Below are positions 16,830 to 29,925 of a DNA stretch of 64,000 nt, piece by piece. Positions within the stretch are counted from its first letter, which is position 1; the number at the start of each line of letters is the position of its first letter. Both the position numbers and the translations under genes were made by a program. The notes under the pieces were generated by a model, which did not search any database, was not told the origin of the DNA, and was given only the letters and a program-made list of their open reading frames with translations. Source of the DNA: Eledone cirrhosa. Its lineage: Eukaryota. Location: NCBI GenBank assembly GCA_964016885.1, contig OZ024741.1:136152001-136216000 (forward strand), given 5' to 3'.

Positions 16830-17390
16830 ATGTGTGTGTATTGAAGGAACAATTATTTTCCTGATATTCATCGTGGATATATTTCACAATATTTGATTCT
16901 ATAGTCGAATGATTTAAACAAAGAATTTTGAAACGTCTTTTGTGTAAACTATTCTATGGTTCATTTTGAAATTGAAGATAATTCTTTATGTCAGTATACA
17001 GAAATCATTTCAATTTTCAAGGACTGAAATATCATGATCTCAAAATCAATAACATGTTGTATGCTTATCACCGAAGTTATTGTCGTTATTACTTATCGTG
17101 AAGTCGACCCTGATCAAGCAATCTCTGATCAAATGATCAAAAAGTATTTCACACTTCACCATCCTGTTACCGTCTCAGATCATGAATATCCGGATTATAT
17201 TCTTCAATAATTTTATACTGTGTGGCTGTGAGGTTAACAAATTCGATCTTAACCAATTACATTTTGGCTCCGTCCCACTGCGCATTAACTTGCACATATA
17301 TATTATGCTATATTCTCGAGTTGACTAATGCTTTGTACGTGAAATTTGGAAGATGGAATCTGCAGATGACCATCATGTGTGAATGCATGC

Positions 17391-17422
<32 letters not shown>

Positions 17423-18344
17423 CGTAAGATAGTGATTCGGCCAGCGTATCCGATTAAACCTGATATCAAATAATCCGCATGAAATTTAATTTAAGACATT
17501 GGCTGTCTGCGTTGATTTCTGCTGCTAACTTTGAGAAGCAGTGTTGTGTTGCCCCGCAATTAACGTTGATATTTCAGTCTCTTAAAAAGAACGAAATAAT
17601 TTAATGGAAAGTCTGTGATCCTACCTGCAAACTGGAAATTGAAATAATCATTAAAATTAGTTGCTAATATATTAGTGATGCTAGTTTTCAGTTGTAGGGT
17701 ATGAGAAAGCAAGAATTTTCCTACAATAGATGCAGGTTTCCATCTTCTTTGGTTCGTGGACATTTATGATGAAATAAAAATATACTCACATGAGTTAGAA
17801 GTTGTTGCAGACAATATCTCAGCAAAAAGACTCTTTAGAGTGAATGTAAAAATAGGAATTCGTTTGTATAAACAGTTCCTCCTTGGAAAGCGACCATGGA
17901 CCTGGGACCGCGGCGGGTATTGTTTCTGCGAGATAGGATTATGGCATGCTGAAAATGTCATCAATTGGTGTTGAAGTTACAGTTAGTGTGTCAGCAGTTG
18001 CTGACGTCATAGAATTTGCGGGTCTAGTTAGCATCCGGCACGCATTCTTTTCTCCTTTCCGACGTTGGCATTGTGCGAACAATGTAACCACTCTCGTAAA
18101 GAGTTGTCCAGTGAAATATTGACTACAACAATATCGGTTGTATTTCTAACATATGTGCATACAATCTTATTTTTCATGAAATTCTACGAAGCTATATTAA
18201 AAATAACATCAAGGGTCTGGTGGTACGTAAGTAAGCAAAACTGTGGCTTAAAATGTGATGAAGAAGTTGTGTGCACTTACCAACTGTTTGGAAAATGAGT
18301 GTGAGATTTGTCTTGAGCAAGGGTGGCAGATTAACCGGAGGCAG

Positions 18345-18690
18345 CAGACAGCTAGACATACAGACAGATATTATAAGGGCGCATTCTGGACGCAGAGCGA
18401 ATTGTAGGAAGTGACGTAATGCAGACATACAGGCAGATATTATAAGGGCGAGACGTTATATGTATGTATCTATCTAAAAAGAGAAAGACTAAGAATTATA
18501 GAGCGAGATCGCTAAATCGCCCAATGCGGTCCCTAGGGCATTGAAAATTTGAAATGTTTTTTGCTCAGAACACTCCCTGAAACATAAGTATTGAATGTGT
18601 AAAGGTTAAAAACAGTCGGTTTGGTGGTTCTCGAGTTTTAAGGATTCGAACTCACAAACACACAGACAGACATCCTTAGTTTTATTCATA
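18345..18690 (-). mobile_element. Non-autonomous Helitron-like unit (5' part)
   Basis: ~290 bp near-colinear homologue of 20385-20682 (GGAAGTGACGTAATGCAGAC...CTCAGAACACTCCCT...ACATCCT.AGTTTTAT). Confidence 0.6.
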
Positions 18691-18696
18691 TATATA

Positions 18697-18829
18697 TTTG
18701 AAGACAATTCATTTTCAGCTGATGAGATCAGTGATAATCGATCATTGCTTCACAATCGATCTATCTCTTATTGAAACATGTGTCGTTATTAAATGACTGG
18801 AATTTTACCTTGCCTTCTGATTTTCATTT

Positions 18830-18831
<2 letters not shown>
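18697..18831 (+). mobile_element. Short hammerhead-containing repeat (motif 18716-18787), third copy of the 58779/60629 family
   Basis: CUGAUGA-extended stem II (AUCGAU/AUCGAU)-GAAAC AUGU GUC. Stem I is mutated in this copy. It ends TTTTG directly into (TA)n. Confidence 0.7.
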
Positions 18832-18885
<54 letters not shown>

Positions 18886-19103
18886 GTGTTTGTGTGTATA
18901 AACCTCTATATAGAGTGTTGTTTGATAGTATTTTTAATATTATTTCCGAAGACCTGCTGCTTTAGGGTGAAAACAGAAATTGTTTGCTTAAACCTTTAAT
19001 CTTAATATGTGGTAATAATATATATTTGCTCGGCGGGTTTAGATATACTTAAATATAAACAACCCTTATGGAGTCCTCTCTAGATTTTTGTCTTTGTATT
19101 TAT

Positions 19104-19135
<32 letters not shown>

Positions 19136-19159
19136 TATATATATATATATATATATATA

Positions 19160-19347
19160 ACTGTTTCTACTTTTGGCACAAGGCCAGCAATTACCCAGTA
19201 CATTACTGGTACTTTATTTTATCGACCCCATAAGGATGAAAGGCAAAGTTAACCTCGGCGGGATTTGAACTCAGAATGGCAAGGGCCGTAACTCTATGCG
19301 TCAAAGCATGGCGTCCAACCCTCTACCGATACTGCCAATTCACCGCC
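19160..19347 (-). mobile_element. Meta-domain-type SINE
   Basis: CTGGTACTTTATTTTATCGACCCCATAAGGATGAAAGGCAAAGTTAACCTCGGCGGGATTTGAACTCAG...CTGCCAATTCACCGCC. Confidence 0.8.
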
Positions 19348-19385
19348 CTATATATATATATATAACGCCTATATATATATATATA

Positions 19386-19553
19386 ACGAAGGAAGTGTGG
19401 TAAGGAACAAGGTGGACCATAACGCACCAGAATACTCGATTCTGTGGGTAGTAGAGTGGGAAATAGAAAAAGAGGCAGGACCCCGACGGCTGAGTTCAGA
19501 GATAGCTGTCGAAACGGCTGGAGCTCAGCCGGCGGGGTCCTGACTCTTTTCCT
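19386..19553. mobile_element. Fold-back element remnant with GC-rich hairpin
   Basis: AAAAAGAGGCAGGACCCCGACGGCTGAGTTC pairs with GAGCTCAGCCGGCGGGGTCCTGACTCTTTTT; inverted homologue at 58626-58746; flanked by TA. Confidence 0.65.
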
Positions 19554-19735
19554 ATATATATATATATGCGTACTCCCCTGCACGCATGTTTCGTTAGTGT
19601 CTACATCTACAGGGTTACAGACATGTGTATGAGTGTGCGCGGGGGGGGGGGGGGTCAGAAACTAAGTGTAACATGTGTGAGAGCGTGTGCGGGTGTGTGA
19701 GGTGAAATATATGTGTACATATATTTATATAGATA

Positions 19736-20342
19736 CTAGCAGTGTTACCCGGCGTTGCACGGAATAAGGTATTATGGAACGTGGGCCGCCAACAGACCTA
19801 ATCGTGGAAAAACTGCATGCCTGGACAATATGTAAAGAAAATAAACTGAATACTCTGATGGCTTTAAGATTTTCATCGATGAAGCAGGAAAAATGCAGGT
19901 TTTCACCTAATGGATCAAGAAAATGATTTTTTTTAATGTGCATAATATGCCTTGAAATTTCGGGAAAATCGGTTAGACGTAACACCTCAAAAAAGCCCTA
20001 AAATGCTGAAAAGTGTTTCACCTAATGCGGGCCCTAGGCCATAAAAAAGTTCTTTGCTCACGGTATGAAGAAGAGATTGACTAATACATAGTTACCATTT
20101 CAAGGAAATCGGTCTGACGTAACGCCTCAAAATATCCTAAAAACCTGAAAAAACGCAGTTTTTCACCTAATACGGGCACTAGGGGGTCAAAAACTTGAAT
20201 TTATGTGCATAACACTCCCTGAATCATAAGTAATACACATGTAAAGTTTGAAAAAAGTCGGTTGGGTACTTCTCGAGTTTTAGGTATTCAAACTCACACA
20301 CACACCTGCACACACACACACACACACACACATACACACACA

Positions 20343-20380
<38 letters not shown>

Positions 20381-20682
20381 TCCTCAGGGAAGTGACGTAA
20401 TGCAGACAGCCAGATATACAGACAGATATTATAAAGGCGCAACGTTATATGTATGTATCTATCTAAAAAGAGAAAGACTAAGAATTATAGAGAGTGATCG
20501 CTAAAACGCCTAATGCGGTCGCTAGGACATAGAAAATTTCAAATTATTTTTGCTCAGAACACTCCCTAAAACATAAGTATTACATGTGTAAAGTTTGAAA
20601 AGAGTTGGTTGGGTTTTCGTGAGTTTTAGGGATTCAAACTCACACACACACAGACGCACATCCTCAGTTTTATATATATAGA
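19736..20682 (-). mobile_element. Non-autonomous Helitron-like element
   Basis: The minus strand starts TCTATATATATAAAA and ends CCGTGCAACGCCGGG-hairpin...CTAG. Internal subrepeats (TTTCACCTAAT x3; AACACTCCCT...ATTCAAACTCACAC x2). Confidence 0.7.
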
Positions 20683-21183
20683 CTAGCAGAAAGCCACCCG
20701 GTGGGCGGTTTTCTGCTAGCAAATCTAGTGTATATACTGATATTGTTGAGATTTGGATGAGAAATGTTTTCGGCACCACATGTTCACCGTCGGTGTGTCT
20801 TTTATGCATGTATAAATATATATGTTATCTATACGATGAAATCTTTGAAATAAATATATGTTAAAACGAAAAAGGAGAAGAAGACATTAGTGACGGAAAT
20901 ATAAACGTTATGATACATAAACGTTATGATATAACGATGGAAATATATCTTCAAATGGTCCTTGGCATGGTGTCAAGTCAGAACCGCCTCAAACTGGTTA
21001 CTTCTGGCTTGTGCAAGGTGTCTCTATAGCAACCAGCGATTCCCTCGGCCTCAGTGACCAAAGTCAGTGGAGAGGGGAAGGTAATTTTTCTATAGCGACA
21101 GTGTTTCTCTTGGTAGTACCAAAGTGGAGAAAGGAAGGGGAAGGTAATATTTCTGTAGCACCTACATTTGAGTTTTAGGGAAG

Positions 21184-21225
<42 letters not shown>

Positions 21226-21243
21226 GAAATGCCCATATATTTC

Positions 21244-21280
<37 letters not shown>

Positions 21281-21501
21281 CACACACAGAAATGTATATA
21301 TATTTCTGTGTGTATATATATATATTTCTGTGTGTGTATATATATGTATATATTACACACACAGAAAAGTATATATATTTCTTAGAACAAAATTATTATT
21401 AATGTTTTGCTGTTCATAACAATTGGAATTGAAAAATTACTTTTGAAATTATTAGTTATTTTACTAATGCTTAGATATGTAAAAATGAAGCAATGTTTCT
21501 A

Positions 21502-21692
21502 ATAATTGTTTCTACTTTTGGCACAAGGCCAGCAATCACCCAGTACATTACTGGTACTTTATTTTATCGACCCCGTGAGGATGAAAGGCAAAGTTAACCT
21601 CGGCGGTATTTGAACTCAGACCGTAAAGGGACTTAACTCCATGCCATGAAGCATGGTGTCCGACTCTCCACAGATTCTGCCAATCCACCGCC
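21502..21692 (-). mobile_element. Meta-domain-type SINE
   Basis: Near-colinear with 19160-19347. Confidence 0.8.
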
Positions 21693-22099
21693 CTAATGTC
21701 TGCACGTAATGAGGGAGTGAGAGGGGAGAGAAAGAAAGGCAGAGGTGAAGTGACGAAGTGACTCTCTCCTCCTCCTCCTCCTCCTCCTCCATCTCCCCAT
21801 TCGTCACAGCGATAGAGGGGAGGAATGTTAGTGTGTTACAAAGAGAAAGAGTGAGAGTGAGAGAAACAGACAGACTAAAAGAGAGGGATAGCTGGAGAGA
21901 GAGAGAGATATCAACCACGCGCGCACGTTTTTCCACTGTCGGACAGACAGACAGAGAAATTGCTGGTTATATATTATAAGGAGATATGTATGGATGTGCA
22001 TGCATGTGTGTGTTAGGTGAAATATACGTGTACATATATTTATATATATATAGATATGTATGGATGTGCATGCATGTGTGTGTACACATATATATTATA

Positions 22100-22820
22100 T
22101 TCTTTTTATATTCTTTTCACACAATTTACACTGCACTAGTATTTTGCCTTTACCCACACAGTTAATTTAGCAACTTTTTCATTTATGTAATTTTAGTATT
22201 TTCAAACACTAACCACAAACCTTAATTCCTTATAGTACAATTATTCCTTATAGTACAAATACCCCTTAATGATTTATATAGAAAGTTTACAACAAAGCCC
22301 CACCCCTAACCTAGGATAACATACTTCCCTTATGTTTCTCCCTTTTTTCTTTTCTCTTACCCCTCTCCGGCAAACCAATGACCAACAGACAACACCCTCC
22401 CACCACCACCACTACCATCAGTGCAGCACCGCATTCTTTCATCTCCCATCACATACACGCCACAATATCTACGATAAGCCAAAACAGCACACCCCACAAC
22501 CCACACCAACCATCGCTCCCCACCACCACCTCATCATTATGTTTCTCTCCCCACCTATCACACATGCCAAGACATTCCGCATAGCCAAACCACCAATCAA
22601 AACAACAGGAACTGACCGGTATAAGTGAAAGCGAATCGTTATAGACATCTCTACGCTCTACATGTGCATCCTGTCATTACCACAGCAGATGTCTGACGAG
22701 CTCTTGATTAAAGAGTCTGACCAGATCGATACAGATTGAACCTTGAGTTTATCAATAGCGAAACACGCGTCACTACTCAATAAACGTAACGAAGGCATAA
22801 CAAATCGTACTTTTATTATA
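22100..22820 (+). mobile_element. C/A-rich pLTR-like element ending in a hammerhead (22688-22778) and AATAAA
   Basis: GU CUGACGA GCU-(54-nt insert)-AGC GAAAC ACGC GUC AC; AATAAA at 22779; (TA)n ~35 nt later. Left boundary uncertain. Confidence 0.55.
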
Positions 22821-22925
22821 TATATATAGTATTACACTCTGCTTAGTACTACACTCTATACTGGAAACTACTACGCATCGAGTGCTGACTCTGGTAAACC
22901 TACTGCAACTAGACGGTACCATGCC

Positions 22926-22990
<65 letters not shown>

Positions 22991-23111
22991 ATGTGTTTCT
23001 ATGTCTATGCTTAGGAAGATTACAGTATTTTGGTAATGTTTTAACTGTATATTATGTTCAGCTTAATAATATTATTTATGTATGAATTAAAATTTTGTTA
23101 ATAATCTTTAA

Positions 23112-23146
23112 TATTACATTGGTATTTCTTTCTTTTTCAGGTAAGT
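23112..23146 (+). promoter_or_regulatory. Candidate recursive splice site (polypyrimidine-CAG|GTAAGT)
   Basis: TATTTCTTTCTTTTTCAG immediately followed by a consensus donor GTAAGT at 23140/23141. Confidence 0.4.
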
Positions 23147-24293
23147 GCAACAGATGGATATAGGTTGTTTTAAAAGGAAGTCGCCTTATTGGGATACAGA
23201 ATTCTGAGGTTTGGCAGTTTTGTAATTCAGAATTAACAATTTATTTTTCAATACAGATACTACTCACTTAACGACCTCAACACATTCCACAGACCTAAAT
23301 GTAATGAATTGGTTGTTACACAAACTCCTTACTTAACTCTTTCTTTACTATCTTGCTATTGGAAGACAACGGCTTTAATTTTCAAGTAACTATGAAAATA
23401 ATCCAGAATATTTTGTGATTTAGTAATATTACTAACTTTTTTTATCGTAGTGTTTGGAGTATAGTTAAATGTTCTTACATTTAAATTATACTAGAATGGT
23501 TTGAGATAAATATAAAATTAAGTTTTCTATGGTAAAATCAATGATGTATTCAAGCATTTTCTGTACTAAGATCTGGTCATAAAATATATTTAGATATTGT
23601 TCTAATGCACCCCGGCAGGAGGTAGAATTGTTGTGAATATGAAACGTTAGGAAATAACAATTGAACATTCTATGAATTATCTGATGAAAACAAATACAGT
23701 ATAACGGAAGCACAATCTTAGTAAATGTAACGGGTGACAATAACGGTCGTTAAATGAGATGTTTAAGTGAGGAGTGGCTGTTTTTCAATGTGAAAAAATT
23801 AGATATATTTTTGTATTTAATTTGTTGCTTGGAATCAGGGCGTAAGTTGGATATATTAACATATATGCAACATTTTCCAGAACAACTTTCTTGAGTGCGG
23901 TATTTTTTGATATTAATAACATCCTTGATTAGATATGTAATTTCTAGACAATTTTATTGAAATTATTTCAGAACTATATGGTATATATTTACGTCTCACA
24001 ATTGAGCATAACGAATTTGATATTTTCTCCATTCTATTTATTTAAAAGAAATTATGGTTATTTAGAAATATTACTTTCAATTGTCACATATTTATAAGTT
24101 AATTGGTTAAAATCGATTAAATATATATACCTCAATGTAAATTACTATCTGCCCAATAAACCAAATGAAATATCTTTGAAATAAATGTATTAATAATTTG
24201 AAATATAGATATGATTGTGTAAAATAATACATTTAAATATATAGAGACAGATACATAACACAAGAACTATATAGTTGTATCAAATATGCACAC

Positions 24294-24428
<135 letters not shown>

Positions 24429-24511
24429 CAGACATATGTATGTGTATATATATGTATATATATATATATATACAGGCACATGTATGTGTATATATATATA
24501 CAGACACATAT

Positions 24512-24612
<101 letters not shown>

Positions 24613-24671
24613 TAGAGAGGGAGAGAGAGAGAGGGAGAGAGAGAGGGAGAGAGAGAGAGAGAGAGACATAT

Positions 24672-24715
<44 letters not shown>

Positions 24716-24755
24716 GATATTAAATAAATGGAAACTATATTTATAAAACCATATT

Positions 24756-24821
24756 TATTTCATTATATATATTTCAGGGATATCATATTAACAATATGCT
24801 ATGCCTTCCTCAGACAAAATA
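24756..24821 (-). ncRNA. Type-I hammerhead ribozyme motif (mirror copy)
   Basis: Reverse complement of 24973-25038. Confidence 0.75.
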
Positions 24822-24972
24822 CAATATAAACAGTTTTATAGATAAATAGATTTGACATACCGTACAACATCGACTTGTATTTGAAAAGTTGAATTGGCAA
24901 TTCAACTTTTCAAATACAAGTCGATGTTGTACGGTATGTCAAATCTATTTATCTATAAAACTGTTTATATTG

Positions 24973-25038
24973 TATTTTGTCTGAGGAAGGCATAGCATAT
25001 TGTTAATATGATATCCCTGAAATATATATAATGAAATA
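24973..25038 (+). ncRNA. Type-I hammerhead ribozyme motif
   Basis: UAUUUUGU CUGAGGA AGG-(CAUAUU/AAUAUG hairpin)-CCU GAAA UAUAUAUA AUGAAAUA. 8-bp stem I with two GU pairs; AATAAA overlaps the 3' end. Confidence 0.75.
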
Positions 25039-25165
25039 AATATGGTTTTATAAATATAGTTTCCATTTATTTAATATCGTAAATATACTCCAAATACTTG
25101 TCGAGTGCTTTTATATCAGTTATAAATATTTACTAGTTGTAACCCAACAATTTAAATATAACTTT

Positions 25166-25210
<45 letters not shown>

Positions 25211-25483
25211 ATCCTATATATTTTAAAACAATATATAAGAAAAATTACCCCTTGACTTACTTGAGGAGAAATTGCAAGTGAGAAATTTTAAGTTGAATGT
25301 GTTTATGCACTTACAGTTAGAAATACAGTGAGAAGTTTTAATGGCAGATGAAACGTTGCTATTTTAACACAGAGCATATAAAACAAATTAAGTTGTCAGA
25401 TAGAAGTTCATAAATCATTTAAGCTTTACAATTGTTTCAACACAGTGTTTCTTCAAACAGAGAACTAGGCAAATGTAATCGAT

Positions 25484-25660
25484 AATAATTTTTCTACTTT
25501 TGGCACAAGGCCAGCAACTATTCCAGTGCATTACTGGTACTTTATTTTATCGACCCCGTTAGGATGAAAGTTAACCTCGGCGGGATTTGAACTCAAATCA
25601 TAAAGGGACGTAACTCTTTGCTGCAAAGCATGGCCTCCGACCTTCTACTGATACCGCCAA
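25484..25660 (-). mobile_element. Meta-domain-type SINE
   Basis: Colinear with the 19160 and 21502 copies apart from a small internal deletion. Confidence 0.75.
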
Positions 25661-26549
25661 TCCATAATAATAAGAGTAATGATAATATATATTTACATGA
25701 TATATTTCATAAATAAAATAGTATAGAATATTAAAAATATCTATATAATAGAACCAACAGAAATATATTTTCTCTAATATTGTTAGAATTGCTGTTATAT
25801 CGCATCGCTGCATTTTTCCAGCGCGCCAATGTGGGTACTTGTATTGTATGTAATCAGAACCGGCATTTGGGCATTTAGCTGGTTTTACAATGTGTGCCCC
25901 TTCCACCATTTCCATGTCTCATTACCCCAAATAAAATGATTACAATTTCCAATTTAGTAAGCCGATGAATTTAGTTTTTGACAGATATTGCACACCTCAC
26001 TCTAAGAAGATTACTGAGTTTGCATGCATTTTCTATTGCACAGGTCATCAACTCAAAATCATACAACAAGTCATCACACCACACGACCCTCATCCTGGGT
26101 TTGGATATCTCCACAACGCTGCTATGCTGCAAATATGTTTAGCAATTTATTTATGATCGCAGGAAATATTTCATTTAGTTAATTACATATTTTTGTACAA
26201 CGGTGGTACTTTAAGGTTGGTAATGCGCCTCACTGAGGTATGCAACCCTAATCGATTTTCTAGTTGGACTTAATGATAGCGCCAGCCTTGAAAACATGGC
26301 AGATCATTAAACATTTGACAATCCATATCTGTATAATAAATTCATGTTGAAATGTGTAATTTACCTCCGTCGGTTGTCACCGAGTGTTACAGATGACCAA
26401 CGGAACTGAAAGATCTTAATTTTATCGGGACAAGTGACTGAACATTATTTTGAATTCGATAAAATAAAGTACCAGTAATACACTGAGATAATTGCTGGCC
26501 TTGTGCCAAAAGTAGAAACAATTATTTTGAATTACATGCACAGTACATT

Positions 26550-26715
26550 AGGCAGGTTTCCACAAAATTTCCATGTAAGTAATTCTACTCATAAGGCACT
26601 GGTCAATCCCATAAGACACTTGCCAAAGGTTTCATGAGAGAAGATTGTACCCAGAATCACATGTTTGCAAAATGATCTTACTTAACCATGCAGTATAAAT
26701 GTATAAGCAGTCCAT
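26550..26715 (-). mobile_element. CORE-type SINE fragment
   Basis: AATTCTACTCATAAGGCACTGGTC...AAGACACTTGCCAAAGGT...CCCAGAATCACATG. Confidence 0.55.
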
Positions 26716-27039
26716 GTCTACATATATATTTTTAAGTCTTCAATTTAATTTTTTTTTCAAAGAAAATTCTCCTACTATCTACACTTGAGTTATTATGAAT
26801 AGAAGTTTCATTGTGTTAATATAAACTTGATTCCAAAATAGATAATTGTGTAGATTCTTCTTTAATAATTTCCTATTTTTATATAAAAAGCTCATATCAG
26901 ATCTCTTTCATGTTCCTGAATGGATTCGGCTTGCATAGATGAGTAAATATAAATATCTCGACGTTCATGTATCCCCGATGATTCCATTTGAAAAAAGCCA
27001 AAGTTCAAATATTTTTCTTGTGTACAGACGCGTATGTAT

Positions 27040-27370
27040 GCATGCATGCATGCATGTATGTATGGATATAAAGTAGTGGCCGTTTTCGAAAAACGAGTTG
27101 GCAGCCACCATGTATGTATGCATGTATCTATGTATGAATGTATGTGCGTACGCATGTATATACATATATACATGTGTGTGTATGTACGTATGTATGTGTG
27201 TATGTATATATATATATATATATATATGTCTATATATATATGTGTGTGTGTATATATGTTTATATATGTATGTATATGTGTATGTATGTGTATATATGTT
27301 TGTATATATATATGTGTATATGTGAATACATATGTGTGTGTATACATATATATATATATATGTATATATG

Positions 27371-27447
<77 letters not shown>

Positions 27448-27515
27448 ATATATGTATATGTGTGTGTGTATATATATAAATATATGTGTGGTATATATAT
27501 TTATATATGTGTGAG

Positions 27516-27556
<41 letters not shown>

Positions 27557-27779
27557 TGTGTATATATATGTATGTATGTGCATATATATATGTATGCGCA
27601 TATATATATGAATATATATGTATATATGTTTATATATATATGTGTGTGTGTGTATCTATATATGTATATATATATATGTGCATATATATATATATACATA
27701 TATACATATACATATATATATATATACATATATATATGCATTTATATATGTATAATATATATATATATACATATATATT

Positions 27780-27812
<33 letters not shown>
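27040..27812. repeat. Compound (TA)/(TG)/(TATG) microsatellite
   Basis: Directly visible. Confidence 0.9.
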
Positions 27813-28532
27813 GTTCATAGAAATAATAAATATATGTGTGCGCATGTATTATAGGACGTATATACAAATGCATATTATATGATGGTAATTATAATTTTTC
27901 GCGTGCTCGCAATGACTGTGACGTACATGGTAGTGTTATATCTGAACATATACAGAATAGAAGTATATGAGACTACGTGCATATGGATTAACACTTTTTT
28001 TCTCAATCGTTTTTTTTCTTTCACCTTTCTCTTCTGACTCTATATCTTTCTATTTCATCTATGATTTATCAATCTATCTCTGCTGAAGGACTAATGTCAG
28101 AAAAGTTAAGACGTTTTTCCTATTTTTTTCAAGCGTTAAACTGACATCTTTCTTCATTTTACTGTCGTTTATTTTTTTCACTTTATATACACAGTCACAC
28201 ACACATATGTATGTATATATATATATATATATATGTATTTATATATATATATATGTATTTATATATATATATATATATATATACCATTCCTGTCAGCATG
28301 ACTTGGCAAGCTATTTAGAACACTGGTTTAACCGCTTTACTTCCATCCGAAGAGGAGATATTATCTCTAAAATTAAGGACATTTAAATAAATCTAAGGTA
28401 AAAGACTAATTGTCAACAATATCTTTTGTATTTGCATTTTTTATTCTATGTCCATACCTGCATTGTTTTGGCTTTACAAATTCAAACATTTATACCTCAT
28501 TACACAATACTTCAAGTGAACTATAATTTCCT

Positions 28533-28568
<36 letters not shown>

Positions 28569-28765
28569 TAGGGCTCGCTAGTTGGGATTTTAAAAAACCT
28601 CTGAATGGAAAAAGTATGAGTATCGACGTACATTGGACACGAACCTACATCTTTGGTTTTAATTTCATTTCGTCAAATACGCCATAAGTACATGTTACAA
28701 CCTAAATTTCAAATTCGCTAGCTGTTTGTAAGCAAATCCTACTTTGTGTCTCCCATTTCATATAT

Positions 28766-28818
<53 letters not shown>

Positions 28819-28965
28819 GATAATAATAAGAATAATAATATATTATATATATATATATGTGTGATTGTGAGTGTGTGTGTGTATGTGTGCGTATGTGTGT
28901 GTATGCATGGTGTATACATATATATATATATATTTGTATGTGTGTGTGTGTATGTGTGTGTTCTA

Positions 28966-29327
28966 TTACAAGTTAGAACTGCAGGAAGGATCTTTGACCT
29001 AAGAAGGTTCAATTTCAAATCCAAGGTGTTCCAAATATTAATTATAGAATTCCTGTATGGGGGACGTGTTAAAATTATGGCTCACTCTCAAGGTGACATG
29101 CAACACGTCATCATTGTTTTGTAGCGTTTCGTAATGCTTTTGGCATGAAAATTAATTCACCCCATCCCCAGGGGGAGCACAATGGTGCATGGAACTAGGT
29201 TGGTTGTAGTTGACACTTTTGTTTACCTGGGAGAGCATTATCGAAGGGATGGTTAAATGGATGCATAAATACACCTGCGCATTCAGAAGACCTCTGTGAT
29301 CTACGGAAAACTTGGAAAGAGAGTGTG
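28966..29327 (+). pseudogene. RTE-clade LINE reverse transcriptase fragment
   Basis: Translates to RTAGRIFDLRRFNFKSKVFQILIIEFLYG..IMAHSQGDMQ...FGMKIN...VHGTRLVVVDTFVYLG...IHLRIQKTSVIYGKLGKRV. This matches the RTE signature G.LFNLRR...K.KV...I.ELLYADD...F.YLGS...RI.KAS..FG.L..RVW. It carries stops and frameshifts and runs into the gap. Confidence 0.85.
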
Positions 29328-29527
29328 NNNNNNNNNNNNNNNNNNNNNNNNNNNNNNNNNNNNNNNNNNNNNNNNNNNNNNNNNNNNNNNNNNNNNNNNN
29401 NNNNNNNNNNNNNNNNNNNNNNNNNNNNNNNNNNNNNNNNNNNNNNNNNNNNNNNNNNNNNNNNNNNNNNNNNNNNNNNNNNNNNNNNNNNNNNNNNNNN
29501 NNNNNNNNNNNNNNNNNNNNNNNNNNN
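29328..29527. other. Assembly gap (200 N)
   Basis: Run of n. Confidence 1.
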
Positions 29528-29742
29528 GAATTCCAACTTTGTCTGATTTACTCGTTTTATTTACAATCCTTTAGAATTTATAATGGTATTAGAATGAAAT
29601 AGTATGGTAGAATATTAAATGTTAAGTGTTAATTGAACAAGTACTTTCATGCTTTCGCAATCTTCAGGTTCATAATGTGTGGTGACAGTCAAGTTTGCAA
29701 TTTTCAACTGACAGTTGAAAATTGCAAACTTTATTAATATAT

Positions 29743-29811
<69 letters not shown>

Positions 29812-29876
29812 ATATATATATATATGTGTGTATATATATATCTTTGTATATATATATTTATATATTTACATGTGTA

Positions 29877-29922
<46 letters not shown>

Positions 29923-29925
<3 letters not shown>

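Larger units (their letters stand above)
24713..25081. repeat. Near-perfect palindrome, 184-bp arms, 1-nt spacer (24897)
   Basis: The arms read as reverse complements from TACGATATTAAATAAATGG to CCATTTATTTAATATCGTA; centre TTGAATTG-G-CAATTCAA. Confidence 0.95.

Noticed and set aside
17560-17964. Minus-strand frames with faint Helitron Pif1 helicase-like words (AEILS..YIFI, HTLQLK, FKRL)
   Set aside because: The motif order is inconsistent with Pif1 and the similarity is too weak.
28075-28120. Hammerhead-like CTGAAGGACTAATGTCAGAAAAGTTAAGAC
   Set aside because: Degenerate homologue of 35074 with a broken core; not counted as functional.
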